A stretch of DNA of 60,743 nt, from positions 1 through 60,743 of IMG/VR virus record IMGVR_UViG_3300037851_000839, one strand, 5' to 3'. The translations under genes and the position numbers were made by a program. The notes under the pieces are model-generated. The model saw nothing but the letters and a program-made list of their open reading frames with translations. It was not told the DNA's origin and made no database searches. Shown here in pieces: positions 28,000-37,297 of the stretch (positions within the stretch are counted from its first letter, which is position 1; each line of letters begins with the position of its first letter). Source of the DNA: a virus (taxonomy: Duplodnaviria > Caudoviricetes).

Positions 28000-30426
28000 T
28001 CAGAAGGCCGTCTCGTAGTCCTTGTCCTCGTAGCCGCTCCCGGCCGAACTTCCAGACGAGTTCGGCACGAAGGTGCCGATCTCCGAGAAGTCCATGGCGG
28101 TCATGTCCCACCGGATGACGACGTGCGAGCGCATCGCGCTTCGCCGGACCTTGAGCGGCACGTAGATGAGCTGCTTGTCCAGCATGAGGTCCTGGTCCTG
28201 GAAGAGCGCGAAGAGGTTGTGCGCGTCCATGAAGAGGGTGTCGGTCATCGCCACCGCGTCCTCCAGGCCGCCGGTACCCTTGCCCCTCTTGATCTGGTCC
28301 GCGCTCTCCTTCTTCATCTTCGCGTCGCGGCTGAGCTGCGAGATGCCGACGACCGGAACCTGGTGCCTGCGCGACGTGCCACGCAGCCAGTCGATGGTCT
28401 CCAGGATCCGATCGTACCGGCCGCCCTTGGACCCAGCGCCCTTCTTCACCTTCCCGTCGGCGACCCGCATCATGTAGATGGAGTCCACGAAGACGATGTC
28501 GGGCTCGACAACCTCGATGGCCTGCTCGATCGACTCAGGACCGATGTGGTCCTCGTCGTCCAGGACGAAGAAGTTCTGCCCGATGCGCTCCAGCTCCTCG
28601 ACCTGCTTTTTGAGGGCCGCCTCGCCCATGACGCCGAGCGTCGCGGAGACCATGTCGGTGTAGGCGAACTTGCCGTGCTTGGAGACCAGGCGCTCGCCCA
28701 GTTCCACGCGCGACAGCTCGGGGCTGACGATCAAGACCTTCTTGCCTGCCTGCCACGCGTGGAGGGCCATGATGACCGCCGTCCAGGTGTTGTGGACGAT
28801 GATGTCGTTGGCGACGAAGTTAGAGGTCGGCCTGACAGTCAGGTCGAAAATGCGACGCACGCCCGCGTCGCTCACCCGAACGACACGCTCCCAGAACACG
28901 CCAGGGAGCTTTTTGACTCGCTTCGGACTGCCCGCGTTGGGGTTGCGGACGCCTACGCGCGCCACCGCTTCCTTCATCCGACGATCCTTCTCGCCCCACA
29001 GCGGGATCGCTTCGGCGAATCGCGGCCAACTCAGCGAGTAGACTCTCAGCCGCCACGAGTGGAAGCCGCCCTTGATGGGCTTGTAGACGACGCTCGACTG
29101 GACACCGAACCGAAGCAGTAGGTGCTGGATCTGCCTGACCATCTCCTCGCTGGCAAGCGTGATGCTTGGTGCCCCCCTGTCCACATACCCGTCAGCCATC
29201 CAGAAGACCGACAAGAACTCGGACAACTCCGAATCTGGAAGGCTGTAGACGGCGTCGGGGATCCGCTTCTCGCGAGCGGTGCACCCGTCGATGCCCAGTG
29301 ACCTGAGCAGTTGGCGTGCCGGGTTCGGGGCAACCGTGCCGCCACCCACGTTGCCGGTCGAGATGTCGTAGTCGTACTTGCTCCGCTGAACGACTGTCGC
29401 ACCACGTGGCGCCGAAAATACCCTGGCGATCTCGATCATCCTCTCGTCGGACGTGCTGAACCCCACGTGGTTACCGGAGTAGCTCCCCTCCGCGAGAAGT
29501 AGCGCGAGCACCCTGACGACCTCGATGCCCATCGGCACCGGGCGCTGCGGCTCCGGCAACCCCGCTGGAACACCAACGATTGCACGGTGCCCCAGTTCGT
29601 CGGCCCTGACCCATCCACTGGGAGTCAGAAACGGATGCTCGGGGGTCACGACGATCGACCGGCCCGAAGCCAGGACGACCTCCATGCACCGCTTGACGCC
29701 GGTATCGACCTTCGCGTCGATTGGCAGGATATCGATCCCCGACGCCGATCGTTCGTCCCACGAGTAGACGCCAAGCTGGTCTCCCTCGACGACCTGGCGA
29801 ACCGTCGTCTCCACCCCGGTGACCGGATTGACGATCTTCGTGTTCTCCTCGACGCACTTGCCGACGCCCGGTCGCGCAACGAAGAACGTCAAGGTCCCAG
29901 GCCAGAGACCCATCGTCATCTGGGTCATCGTCGGCCATGGAAACGGAATGCCGATCTCGCCCTTCTTCGTGCGCTGGTACAGCTCGTACACCTCCGGCGC
30001 GATCTGTCCGAGCGTCCGGAGCTGGACCTGAGCGATGCGCCTCTTGCGCAGGTGGTCGGAGAGCTTGATCACCTCCGTGACGGAATCGTCCTGCTTGTCC
30101 TGTTCCAGCGCTTCGAGGCTCTTGGCCAGCCCGTACTTGAGCGCCCGGTGGATGGCTCGCTCGTGGAGCCGCTCGACCAGGTACCCGACGGCCACCTCCT
30201 CGCCTTCCTCGGGAGGCCGGATTGCTGCTCCGGTGTTCTCGGCGATGATGGTGACGCCCGGGATCTCTCCGTGCGCCGCCCAGTATTCGGCGACGAACTT
30301 CCACGCCGCCTTGCCCGACCCCACCATGAGGTCGGCGTCCACGCCCATGTCGCGCACGCGCTTGAAGGCGTCGGGCGACCGCGTCGCGATCCACAGCGTC
30401 GTTGCGTCCAGATCCACGAGAGACAA
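28000..30426 (-). CDS. dnaB: Replicative DnaB-type helicase containing an intein
   Basis: ARPGVGK|intein|TW Walker A, SPEL, FVDSIYMM, VPVVGISQLSR. Confidence 0.92.
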   Translation of the reverse strand: MSLVDLDATTLWIATRSPDAFKRVRDMGVDADLMVGSGKAAWKFVAEYWAAHGEIPGVTIIAENTGAAIRPPEEGEEVAVGYLVERLHERAIHRALKYGLAKSLEALEQDKQDDSVTEVIKLSDHLRKRRIAQVQLRTLGQIAPEVYELYQRTKKGEIGIPFPWPTMTQMTMGLWPGTLTFFVARPGVGKCVEENTKIVNPVTGVETTVRQVVEGDQLGVYSWDERSASGIDILPIDAKVDTGVKRCMEVVLASGRSIVVTPEHPFLTPSGWVRADELGHRAIVGVPAGLPEPQRPVPMGIEVVRVLALLLAEGSYSGNHVGFSTSDERMIEIARVFSAPRGATVVQRSKYDYDISTGNVGGGTVAPNPARQLLRSLGIDGCTAREKRIPDAVYSLPDSELSEFLSVFWMADGYVDRGAPSITLASEEMVRQIQHLLLRFGVQSSVVYKPIKGGFHSWRLRVYSLSWPRFAEAIPLWGEKDRRMKEAVARVGVRNPNAGSPKRVKKLPGVFWERVVRVSDAGVRRIFDLTVRPTSNFVANDIIVHNTWTAVIMALHAWQAGKKVLIVSPELSRVELGERLVSKHGKFAYTDMVSATLGVMGEAALKKQVEELERIGQNFFVLDDEDHIGPESIEQAIEVVEPDIVFVDSIYMMRVADGKVKKGAGSKGGRYDRILETIDWLRGTSRRHQVPVVGISQLSRDAKMKKESADQIKRGKGTGGLEDAVAMTDTLFMDAHNLFALFQDQDLMLDKQLIYVPLKVRRSAMRSHVVIRWDMTAMDFSEIGTFVPNSSGSSAGSGYEDKDYETAF
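28789..29856 (-). mobile_element. Intein (356 aa) with LAGLIDADG-type endonuclease
   Basis: Starts CVEENT, TPEHPF block B, LALLLAEGS and FWMADGY motifs, ends NFVANDIIVHN followed by Thr. Confidence 0.93.
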
Positions 30427-30481
30427 GACCTCTTCTGCCGTCCTGGCTGAGACGGCGAACCCTGGCTGAGGGACAGTTACC

Positions 30482-31150
30482 CTAACCCGCGGCGAGACGC
30501 GTGCGTAGGAGCGTGCTCGCCTGGTCTCGGAGGGACTCGCCCTCCATCTGGACCGGGAAGCACGTCTCCTTGAGGACCTCCATCATGGAGGTGGAGTACC
30601 TCCCCTCCATGTCACCCCGGTTGGCGTTCGTGGTGATGACGGTGGACTTGCAGTTCGAGGCCCGGACGCGGAGCAGGTTCTCGATCAGCCTCTCCGACCA
30701 TCCGGAGCCGGATCTCTTGTCCGAGTGCTCCTTGCCCAGTTCGTCGAGCACCAGCAGATCGACCTGCATCGCGCGGTCCGTCACCAGCAGATCCCCGTCG
30801 AACTTCTCCTTGTCGAGGCTCGCCTGCCGCAGCGACTCCGCGGTGATGAAGAGCACGCTCGCCCCGAGGCGCCTCGCCTCCTTGGCGATGACCACCGCCG
30901 CGCAGGTTTTCCCGGTCCCGTTGGGACCCCAGAAGAGGATCCCCTCTCCACGGTCGAGGAACCCATCGAGGTCCTTGATGTACGCCTGGGTGGCGCCGCG
31001 CACGCCGTCGTCCTGGATCCCGTCGAACGAGGCAACCCAGAACCGGCGCGGAATCCTCATCCACGCCAGGTGATCCTCGGTGAGCTTCGTCCTATGTCCT
31101 TGCAGACGCATCTTCACGTATGCGATTCCCTCTGATTCTACGGCACCCAC
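30482..31150 (-). CDS. DnaC/IstB-like AAA+ helicase loader
   Basis: IPRRF, GPNGTGKT, LLVLDELGKE, TVITTN. Confidence 0.88.
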   Translation of the reverse strand: MGAVESEGIAYVKMRLQGHRTKLTEDHLAWMRIPRRFWVASFDGIQDDGVRGATQAYIKDLDGFLDRGEGILFWGPNGTGKTCAAVVIAKEARRLGASVLFITAESLRQASLDKEKFDGDLLVTDRAMQVDLLVLDELGKEHSDKRSGSGWSERLIENLLRVRASNCKSTVITTNANRGDMEGRYSTSMMEVLKETCFPVQMEGESLRDQASTLLRTRLAAG

Positions 31151-31156
31151 GATCGG

Positions 31157-31621
31157 TCACCAACCGAACTTGGGGAACTTCTTCGCGTCCTCCGGCTTGA
31201 ACTCCATGGCGTCGATGCGGTCCTTCCGCGACTCCTGCTTCTTGATGGCGCCCACCATCTCGGCGTGGAGCTGACCGCGCACGGTCCAGAAGAGCTTGAA
31301 GGTCGGGAACGTCTCGCGCGCGGGGCACCAGACATCGACGAAGTGCCTGACGAGCTTCGCGGCGTCGTCGAAGGACATCTCGTCCCCGCCGTCGCCGTCC
31401 TTCGCGAACAGCTTCTTGGCCAGCTCGCGTTCCGGCGTCCCCCACTTGATCCCAGGGACGCGCCCGTGGCGCTCACCGACAACCTCTCGCCACCGGTCCT
31501 CCAGCGCCTTGGCTGGGCTGTCCGCCGCCTTCTTGGCAGCTCTTGCCCTCCGCTCGGCCTCCGTCTCCTTCGGCTTGTCCCTGACGACCTTCTGGGCGTT
31601 GACCGTGCTGCGCCTGTTCAC
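31157..31621 (-). CDS. Hypothetical protein, possible replication initiator partner
   Basis: Directly upstream of loader; promoter upstream. Confidence 0.55.
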   Translation of the reverse strand: MNRRSTVNAQKVVRDKPKETEAERRARAAKKAADSPAKALEDRWREVVGERHGRVPGIKWGTPERELAKKLFAKDGDGGDEMSFDDAAKLVRHFVDVWCPARETFPTFKLFWTVRGQLHAEMVGAIKKQESRKDRIDAMEFKPEDAKKFPKFGW

Positions 31622-31627
31622 AACCGC

Positions 31628-31656
31628 TTCTTAGCCTATCGCTAAGCGTTGGTCAA
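31628..31656 (-). promoter_or_regulatory. Promoter TTGACC-N17-TAAGAA
   Basis: Motif family; shares TTGACCAACGCT with the promoter at 35226-35253. Confidence 0.55.
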
Positions 31657-31919
31657 TCGCCATCCAGAATGGAATCGACATCCCTCGGCGTGACGATCAC
31701 CATCTCCATGGTGGGAAGCTGGATCGTCGCCTCGTAGTAGCGGTTCATCCAGTCGGAGCCGAGCGATGCCATCATGGACGGCACCAGCTCCAAGATCTGG
31801 ATCTCGGTCTTCGGCCGCAGCGCTTCCACTCCGCGGAGCACGACGACCACGTCGCCGATCTTGCCGTGACGGGTGAGGATCTTCTGTCCTACCCTCGGCC
31901 ACGCCGGCTGGTCAGCCAT
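31653..31919 (-). CDS. Hypothetical protein
   Basis: 88-aa ORF. Confidence 0.5.
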   Translation of the reverse strand: MADQPAWPRVGQKILTRHGKIGDVVVVLRGVEALRPKTEIQILELVPSMMASLGSDWMNRYYEATIQLPTMEMVIVTPRDVDSILDGD

Positions 31920-32298
31920 CTTCCCTGAGGGCCGCGACAGATCCCAGGAGAGACCCGCGCAGGTGCGAAGACGTGTACCCGACCCCGAGCATAAGCTTCT
32001 CGGCGTCGTCCGGCGTGAGCCGATGGCGCTCGTCCAGTTCCGGCACGTGCTTCTTCGGGTTCCGTGATGCCAGCGCCGACTGTCTGATCCGGACGCCGGC
32101 AGCCAGGACCTCGTTCCTCATGCGGTGCCCCCAGTCGGACCCGCCGTAGAGCACGCACCAGGCGCACATGGGCATGTCCGCGTCGCCGTCGTGCGGCTTG
32201 GCCATCCAGCTCGCCAGACGCTCCGAGCACCTCTGGCACCTCGTCCCCGTCCGCCTGTCGATGGGCCGGAGGCGATCCCTCTCGTCGATGAAGAGCAT
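31912..32298 (-). CDS. Zn-finger hypothetical protein
   Basis: CQRC...CAWC. Confidence 0.55.
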   Translation of the reverse strand: MLFIDERDRLRPIDRRTGTRCQRCSERLASWMAKPHDGDADMPMCAWCVLYGGSDWGHRMRNEVLAAGVRIRQSALASRNPKKHVPELDERHRLTPDDAEKLMLGVGYTSSHLRGSLLGSVAALREDG

Positions 32299-32335
32299 CC
32301 GACGCTATGATAGCGCACATCCAAGGAGGCACGCC

Positions 32336-33148
32336 ATGACCGAGCCGAAGCTCACGACGCCGCGGAAGATCCTGATCCTGCTCCCCGACCGCGACTCGCC
32401 GCCGAAGAAGGACTTCTCCCACGTCTTCCTGCCCGAGGCGAACTCGTTGAAGCGCGCCTACGAGAAGGAGGGCGCCTCGGTCACGATGGAACGTGTCGAG
32501 GTCCCGGTTGTGGACCCGAGGTCGCTCACGATCGACTCGGCCGACAAGCAGCGTGGGTACGAGCAGGCCGCCAGGACCGCGATCTCCGCCGTGCAGCGCG
32601 GACCGTGGGACCACATCATCATGCTCTGCCACGGCTGGGACGCCGGCATCCAGCTCGGCTTCCGGATCCGGAAGCAGCGCGGTCGGGACAAGGACAGCCT
32701 CGCCTCCCTGATCTCCGCGCTGCGTGCCGTCGCGAAGCCTCGGACGATCGCCCTCTTCGCCTGCTCCGCGGGCGACGAGCCTGCCTCCAGCGCATCGAGC
32801 CCCGGCACCGGAGACAACTCCTTCGCCGACTACCTGCGGGACAACGTCCCCGGATGCAGCGTCCTGGCCCACTGGACCGTCGGCCACGCGACACGCAACC
32901 CGGACCTGATCTTCTTCCGGAAGACCGATGGCGCGCCGCTGATCGGTGGCGTCGCGTTCCCGGCCCGTGGCACCGAGGCGTACCGGAACACGGTCAAGCT
33001 GCTGACGCAGACGCGGAAGAACGCCCGTGGCCAGGCGAGCGGCTCTCTCCCGCCCAAGGGTGGCCTGCGCCCCGCGTTCGCCTCGCTCCCTCTCTGTGAG
33101 ACCGTCGAGGATCTCCAGGCGCTTCTCTCGTCCGAGCCGGCGTTCTGA
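32336..33148 (+). CDS. Putative clan CD (caspase-like/DUF4347-like) His-Cys hydrolase
   Basis: AAGGAGG SD; IMLCHG and ALFACS motifs. Confidence 0.55.
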   Translation: MTEPKLTTPRKILILLPDRDSPPKKDFSHVFLPEANSLKRAYEKEGASVTMERVEVPVVDPRSLTIDSADKQRGYEQAARTAISAVQRGPWDHIIMLCHGWDAGIQLGFRIRKQRGRDKDSLASLISALRAVAKPRTIALFACSAGDEPASSASSPGTGDNSFADYLRDNVPGCSVLAHWTVGHATRNPDLIFFRKTDGAPLIGGVAFPARGTEAYRNTVKLLTQTRKNARGQASGSLPPKGGLRPAFASLPLCETVEDLQALLSSEPAF

Positions 33149-33152
33149 TCGA

Positions 33153-33797
33153 TCAGTCCGGGTCGATCTCCATGCACTCGGGATCGGACGGGCGGCAATA
33201 GAAGTCGTTGCGCGTGCCGTCGTCGGTGGTTCCGCACCTGACGGGCACGAGCCCGATCCTCTCCGCCCTGTCCCGGTCCATCCATCCACCCCAGTCGTGG
33301 ACCGGCATGTCGCACACGCCCCAGTCGGCGATGTTGGCCATGGTCATGGTGGCCACGACCTCCTCCGCCCTCGCCAGCACCGCGAGCCAGCGCTCCCTGT
33401 ATGCCGCCCACGGAGCGTGCGTCTCCACGCGCACTTCTCCGCGCACGCGCCTGGTCACCGTGGTCGGCCACGACGGTGGAGCGTCCCCGTTCGCGTTCAG
33501 TTCGCCGACCCATCGGAGCCTCGCCACGTCGTGCGGCCGAGCCCCGAACAGCCTCCTCGCGTACGCGCGTGCGTACGACGTGTAGCGGATCGACTGCCGC
33601 TCGCTCCCCCTGAGCAGCACCTCGTGGATGCCGAACCCATCCTCGGTGTCGAAGCAGGTCCACCCGGCCTCCGACACGCAGAGACGTGCAAGAGCCAGAG
33701 CCGGAGTGAGCGTGCTCGTGCTGGTCCCCTGAGCGCCCGCGCCACCAACCAGCGCGAGAACCAGAAGGGCGACGGCTGCCGTTGCGATTCGGTTCAT
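33153..33797 (-). CDS. Secreted SleB-like cell wall hydrolase candidate
   Basis: Signal peptide; LARLCVSEA...GIHEVLL resembles Hydrolase_2 N-terminal motif; C-terminal NDFY. Confidence 0.55.
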   Translation of the reverse strand: MNRIATAAVALLVLALVGGAGAQGTSTSTLTPALALARLCVSEAGWTCFDTEDGFGIHEVLLRGSERQSIRYTSYARAYARRLFGARPHDVARLRWVGELNANGDAPPSWPTTVTRRVRGEVRVETHAPWAAYRERWLAVLARAEEVVATMTMANIADWGVCDMPVHDWGGWMDRDRAERIGLVPVRCGTTDDGTRNDFYCRPSDPECMEIDPD

Positions 33798-33841
33798 GAG
33801 AGTCCTCCTGAATGGGGGCGCGAACGCTAGCCCGTGTCGCC

Positions 33842-34282
33842 CTAGCCGTCCACCTCGGACGCTGAACGCTTGCGCAGCCCATTGGCGAGCTGGTGTGCGT
33901 ACGCGGAGAAGTCGTTGAGGCTGGTCCTCTTCGCGTCGTTGAACCTGGCCAGCGCCTCGGGGGCTGCATCGACTCCGACTGCGGCCACGATGGCCTTCCG
34001 ATCGGAGAGATGCCCGTAGACGATCGACTCCAGGCACTTGGCGACGGCTTCCCGGTGCGCGCCGATGAACTCGCCGAGCTTCTCGGGATAGAGCTTCCCG
34101 AGGAAGTCGTCGATGTACGACTCCGGCGCGAGGAACATGAGCGGAAGGACCTCGCGACCATCCTCCGACGTGAGACCGATCTTCCCTTTTCCCAGGAGGA
34201 TTCCGGCTGCGACGGCAACGCGGTCGTCCTCCGCCTCGATGGTCATCGCGTCGCTCGGGTTGATGATCTCGTAGACGATCAC
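33842..34282 (-). CDS. Hypothetical protein
   Basis: YEIINPSD...RTSLND pattern; GTGA coupling. Confidence 0.55.
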   Translation of the reverse strand: MIVYEIINPSDAMTIEAEDDRVAVAAGILLGKGKIGLTSEDGREVLPLMFLAPESYIDDFLGKLYPEKLGEFIGAHREAVAKCLESIVYGHLSDRKAIVAAVGVDAAPEALARFNDAKRTSLNDFSAYAHQLANGLRKRSASEVDG

Positions 34283-34698
34283 GGCTTTTTCTCCTGGTTC
34301 CGATGTTTCACGTGCAACTGCGAGAGCCGCTCGGACGGCGGCTTCTCCTTCGCCTTCCTGACTCCATTGGCCAGGCACATCGCCTTGATGGTCGGGTACA
34401 GGTCGAGGCCGCCGCTCGTGATCTCGTCGAGCTGCTCGACGGTGATCCCGTTGGTGATGAGGAACATCCTCAGGTGCAGCGACGGGTAGCCGCGCTCCTT
34501 CTGGTCCAGCAGCCAACCCGCGCAGAAATGCTGCTCCTCGCTCGGGCGGAACCGGAACTTGTGGCACCCGAACATCCGACCAAACTGGTCCTGGTCCTGG
34601 GCCAGGAGATTCTCGAACTCGGATCGGTGCCACGTCTTCACGGGCACGTCCTTCCGGTATGGGCAGGACGCGCACGGTGTCTTGGTGTCGAGCTTCAT
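34279..34698 (-). CDS. DUF6283-like Zn-binding protein
   Basis: PCASCPYRKD..FGCH...CAGWL. Confidence 0.7.
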   Translation of the reverse strand: MKLDTKTPCASCPYRKDVPVKTWHRSEFENLLAQDQDQFGRMFGCHKFRFRPSEEQHFCAGWLLDQKERGYPSLHLRMFLITNGITVEQLDEITSGGLDLYPTIKAMCLANGVRKAKEKPPSERLSQLHVKHRNQEKKP

Positions 34699-35216
34699 GC
34701 GACCGACGCCAGCGCCTTCCCGGCCGCCACGAAGAAAGCAACCTCCAGGTCGTGGTTCACGGGGCCCATGGCCCGCACCACCATGGTCGCGCTCTCGACG
34801 TACCCCTTCACGCTCTCCGGCTTCCAGCCAGGCGGCGACTTCACGAGGCTGTCCACGTTGTCCAGCTTGTCTGCGAGCTTCACCAGCTTCGCCCGATGGC
34901 TCATCGTGGGCGCCTTCTCGATCTGCGCCTTCTTGGCCTTGGTCTTGGACCCCGGCGCGTCGGAGACCTCCATGACCACGGAAGCCACCTCCGAGCCGAA
35001 CTCGGCGACCATCTCCTCCTCGGTCACACCGCAGTCCTCGACCACGTCGTGAAGCAGCGCTGCCGCCAGCACCACCTGGTCATCGACCCCGTGGGCCGCC
35101 AGCGTGGCCGCCACGTTCTTCGGATGGGTCACGTACGGGATCCCGTGACCTCCCTTCCGGAACTGGCCTTCGTGAGCCTTCTCTGCGAAGGCCGTTGCCT
35201 TGTCCAACAAGCTCAT
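34695..35216 (-). CDS. HD-domain small alarmone hydrolase (SpoT/Mesh1-like)
   Basis: AH.GQ.RK...PY.THP, AALLHDVVED, VKLADKLDN. Confidence 0.9.
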   Translation of the reverse strand: MSLLDKATAFAEKAHEGQFRKGGHGIPYVTHPKNVAATLAAHGVDDQVVLAAALLHDVVEDCGVTEEEMVAEFGSEVASVVMEVSDAPGSKTKAKKAQIEKAPTMSHRAKLVKLADKLDNVDSLVKSPPGWKPESVKGYVESATMVVRAMGPVNHDLEVAFFVAAGKALASVA

Positions 35217-35225
35217 GACGTTCTC

Positions 35226-35253
35226 ATCTTACGTCATACATAGCGTTGGTCAA
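35226..35253 (-). promoter_or_regulatory. Promoter TTGACC-N16-TAAGAT
   Basis: Motif family, 9 nt upstream of HD gene ATG. Confidence 0.65.
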
Positions 35254-35263
35254 GCAGACTGGT

Positions 35264-37297
35264 TCAGAAGAGGGAAAGCTGAGGGTTTTCTTCAACTTCC
35301 TTGGGCTTGACGACCCTGGCCTCGATAGGCGGCGCTGGCGTGCGCTTCGCGTAGTCCAGTCTGGCCCTGCCGATGCGGAGGAACGGCTGCTCGTCGGTGT
35401 CTGTCAGCTCCATGCCGATGTAGGACATCCCCTCCCACACGGCTGCCATGCCGCCGGCCGCCGACCCGGCGAACGTGTCGAGCACGGTCCCTCCGGGCGG
35501 GGTGACCATCCGGATGATGTGCCGCATGAGGGAGATGGGCTTGACGGTCGGGTGGATGTTCTTGCGCTTGGCCTTCCTGCCCGCGCCCGCGCGAGGGTTG
35601 TCCCTGCCGGCCGACCCTTCCTTGCGCGAAGGGTCCACCCAGGCTTCCTCCATCTCATCGCATCCCAGTTCCCGCTCGGCCGGTCCAACCTTGGGGCAGA
35701 CCACCAGGGTGGGAAGGAGACGGGCGAACAGGTCGTCCGGAACGGACGCCAAGACCTGATCGCCGATCCGGAAGTGCTTGGTGTAGGGGCCGAGCACCCC
35801 GTCGAGATCGTCGTCCTCGGCGCCGAACACCTCGACGCCCGCTACCGGACCTTCGAGATCGAGGTCCGAGCACACCAACAAGGACGGCCAGCGCCCAACA
35901 TCCGTGTCTCCGGCCGCCCTCGAACCGAGAGACAGGCTGCCGTCGTCGGCGGCACTGTACACGCCTCCAGACCGATCTAGCCCGCCGGGGCCGCGTACCC
36001 TGAGCGGTCTGACCATCGCGTTCGGAAGCCTGCATCCGTCGATGTTGAGCGCTCCGACGCCCCACTTCGTGAGGTTCTCGGCCAGCGTCCCCTCCATGGG
36101 CTTCCGCACGAGCACCCACGGTTCGAGCGTCTTGAGCGCCGTACCCCAGCCGCGCCACTTCTCCGCGCCAGCCATCCCCTTGGCCTCCATGGCCTTCATG
36201 GCGTCTAGGCTCTTGGGAAAGACTTGGGCCGAGACCCAGGCTCCGGTCGCTCGGACCTCGAATCCAGCGTCCTCCAGCGCGCTGATCACCCGGTGCATCT
36301 TCCGGTCGGCGCCGAACACCGCTCCGTGAGCACCGGGCTTGAGCACCCGGAAGACCTCTCGCCAGAGGTCCACGTCGAACGCGATGCCGGTCGCGTCCCA
36401 GCCTTGATTCATAAACCCGCCACTGCCAGACTTGGTCCGTGCGTGGGTGATCAAGTCGAACGTCAGTGCCCGGTCTGCGATCGGAGCTACCACGCGGACA
36501 CGAACCGTTTGAAGCACGGCAGGCAGACCACCTGCTCCCGCTCGTGCAGCTACCAGCTTCGCGCCTCCGAGTTGGAGAAGAGCCAGCAGTATGAGTGCCC
36601 GGTCTGCGGGGAGCTGTTCTTCCGGAGCCCCTCCCAGGCTCAGCGCACACGACATGGGCGTCTCGCCTGCTCGAACGCCTGCGGCTACCAGATCCGCCAG
36701 CGCGTGGTGACTCAACCCTACTCCATCCGGGCGGAGTACGACCGAAAGGCTGCTGCGCAGAAGGCCGTCCAGACCAGACATGCCAACGCGAAACCCTACC
36801 CGGAAGCCGCTCGTCAGGCTGCCGCAGCCCGCATGACGAAGCTGATCGCAGAGGGGCTCGTAGCCCCCGTCAGCCGTTTCGAGAAGGAAGCGGCCGAGGT
36901 GTACCGACGCCTGGGATTCGAGGTTCTGACCCAGGTTCCCGTCCGTCGCCCCGACGGCACCTTCTTCTGCGTGTACGACATCGTACTGCCAGCCCGACGC
37001 ATCGTGGTCGAGTGCCATGGAACCTTCTGGCACGGCGGACGATGGACGTGGGAGACCCCCTCCGCGGCACAGGTGAAGAACCTGGGCTACGAGATGAGGA
37101 AGCACATCGTGACGCGCAGCCTTGGGCTCGACCTTCGGGTGCTTCACGAGAAGCACTTCCGCCAGGACCCGCTCGGGGCTTGCCTGGTGTGCGTTCGATA
37201 GCTCGTACGGCGGGTCCGTCGCGAGGGAGTCCACGGAGTTGTCCGGCAACCCCCTCAGCAGGTCCCGGCAGTCACCATGAAGGATCTCAGCTCTCAT
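35264..37297 (-). CDS. N6/N4 DNA methyltransferase (beta class) with 260-codon in-frame insertion
   Basis: HGDC, TDPPY, GFM...WD, RVLKPG, GWGTALK, HPTVKP, VLDTFAGS. Confidence 0.9.
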   Translation of the reverse strand: MRAEILHGDCRDLLRGLPDNSVDSLATDPPYELSNAHQASPERVLAEVLLVKHPKVEPKAARHDVLPHLVAQVLHLCRGGGLPRPSSAVPEGSMALDHDASGWQYDVVHAEEGAVGATDGNLGQNLESQASVHLGRFLLETADGGYEPLCDQLRHAGCGSLTSGFRVGFRVGMSGLDGLLRSSLSVVLRPDGVGLSHHALADLVAAGVRAGETPMSCALSLGGAPEEQLPADRALILLALLQLGGAKLVAARAGAGGLPAVLQTVRVRVVAPIADRALTFDLITHARTKSGSGGFMNQGWDATGIAFDVDLWREVFRVLKPGAHGAVFGADRKMHRVISALEDAGFEVRATGAWVSAQVFPKSLDAMKAMEAKGMAGAEKWRGWGTALKTLEPWVLVRKPMEGTLAENLTKWGVGALNIDGCRLPNAMVRPLRVRGPGGLDRSGGVYSAADDGSLSLGSRAAGDTDVGRWPSLLVCSDLDLEGPVAGVEVFGAEDDDLDGVLGPYTKHFRIGDQVLASVPDDLFARLLPTLVVCPKVGPAERELGCDEMEEAWVDPSRKEGSAGRDNPRAGAGRKAKRKNIHPTVKPISLMRHIIRMVTPPGGTVLDTFAGSAAGGMAAVWEGMSYIGMELTDTDEQPFLRIGRARLDYAKRTPAPPIEARVVKPKEVEENPQLSLF
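36443..37201 (+). CDS. Zn-finger + Vsr/DUF559-like endonuclease, nested antisense in methyltransferase
   Basis: Two CPVC...CS..C repeats, SRFE, YD.......IVVECHGTFWHG, GLDLRVLHE. Confidence 0.85.
   Translation: MGDQVERQCPVCDRSYHADTNRLKHGRQTTCSRSCSYQLRASELEKSQQYECPVCGELFFRSPSQAQRTRHGRLACSNACGYQIRQRVVTQPYSIRAEYDRKAAAQKAVQTRHANAKPYPEAARQAAAARMTKLIAEGLVAPVSRFEKEAAEVYRRLGFEVLTQVPVRRPDGTFFCVYDIVLPARRIVVECHGTFWHGGRWTWETPSAAQVKNLGYEMRKHIVTRSLGLDLRVLHEKHFRQDPLGACLVCVR

Noticed and set aside
36419-37198. Classical intein in the methyltransferase
   Set aside because: No Hint blocks or terminal His-Asn plus C/S/T; the sense translation looks like antisense-derived sequence
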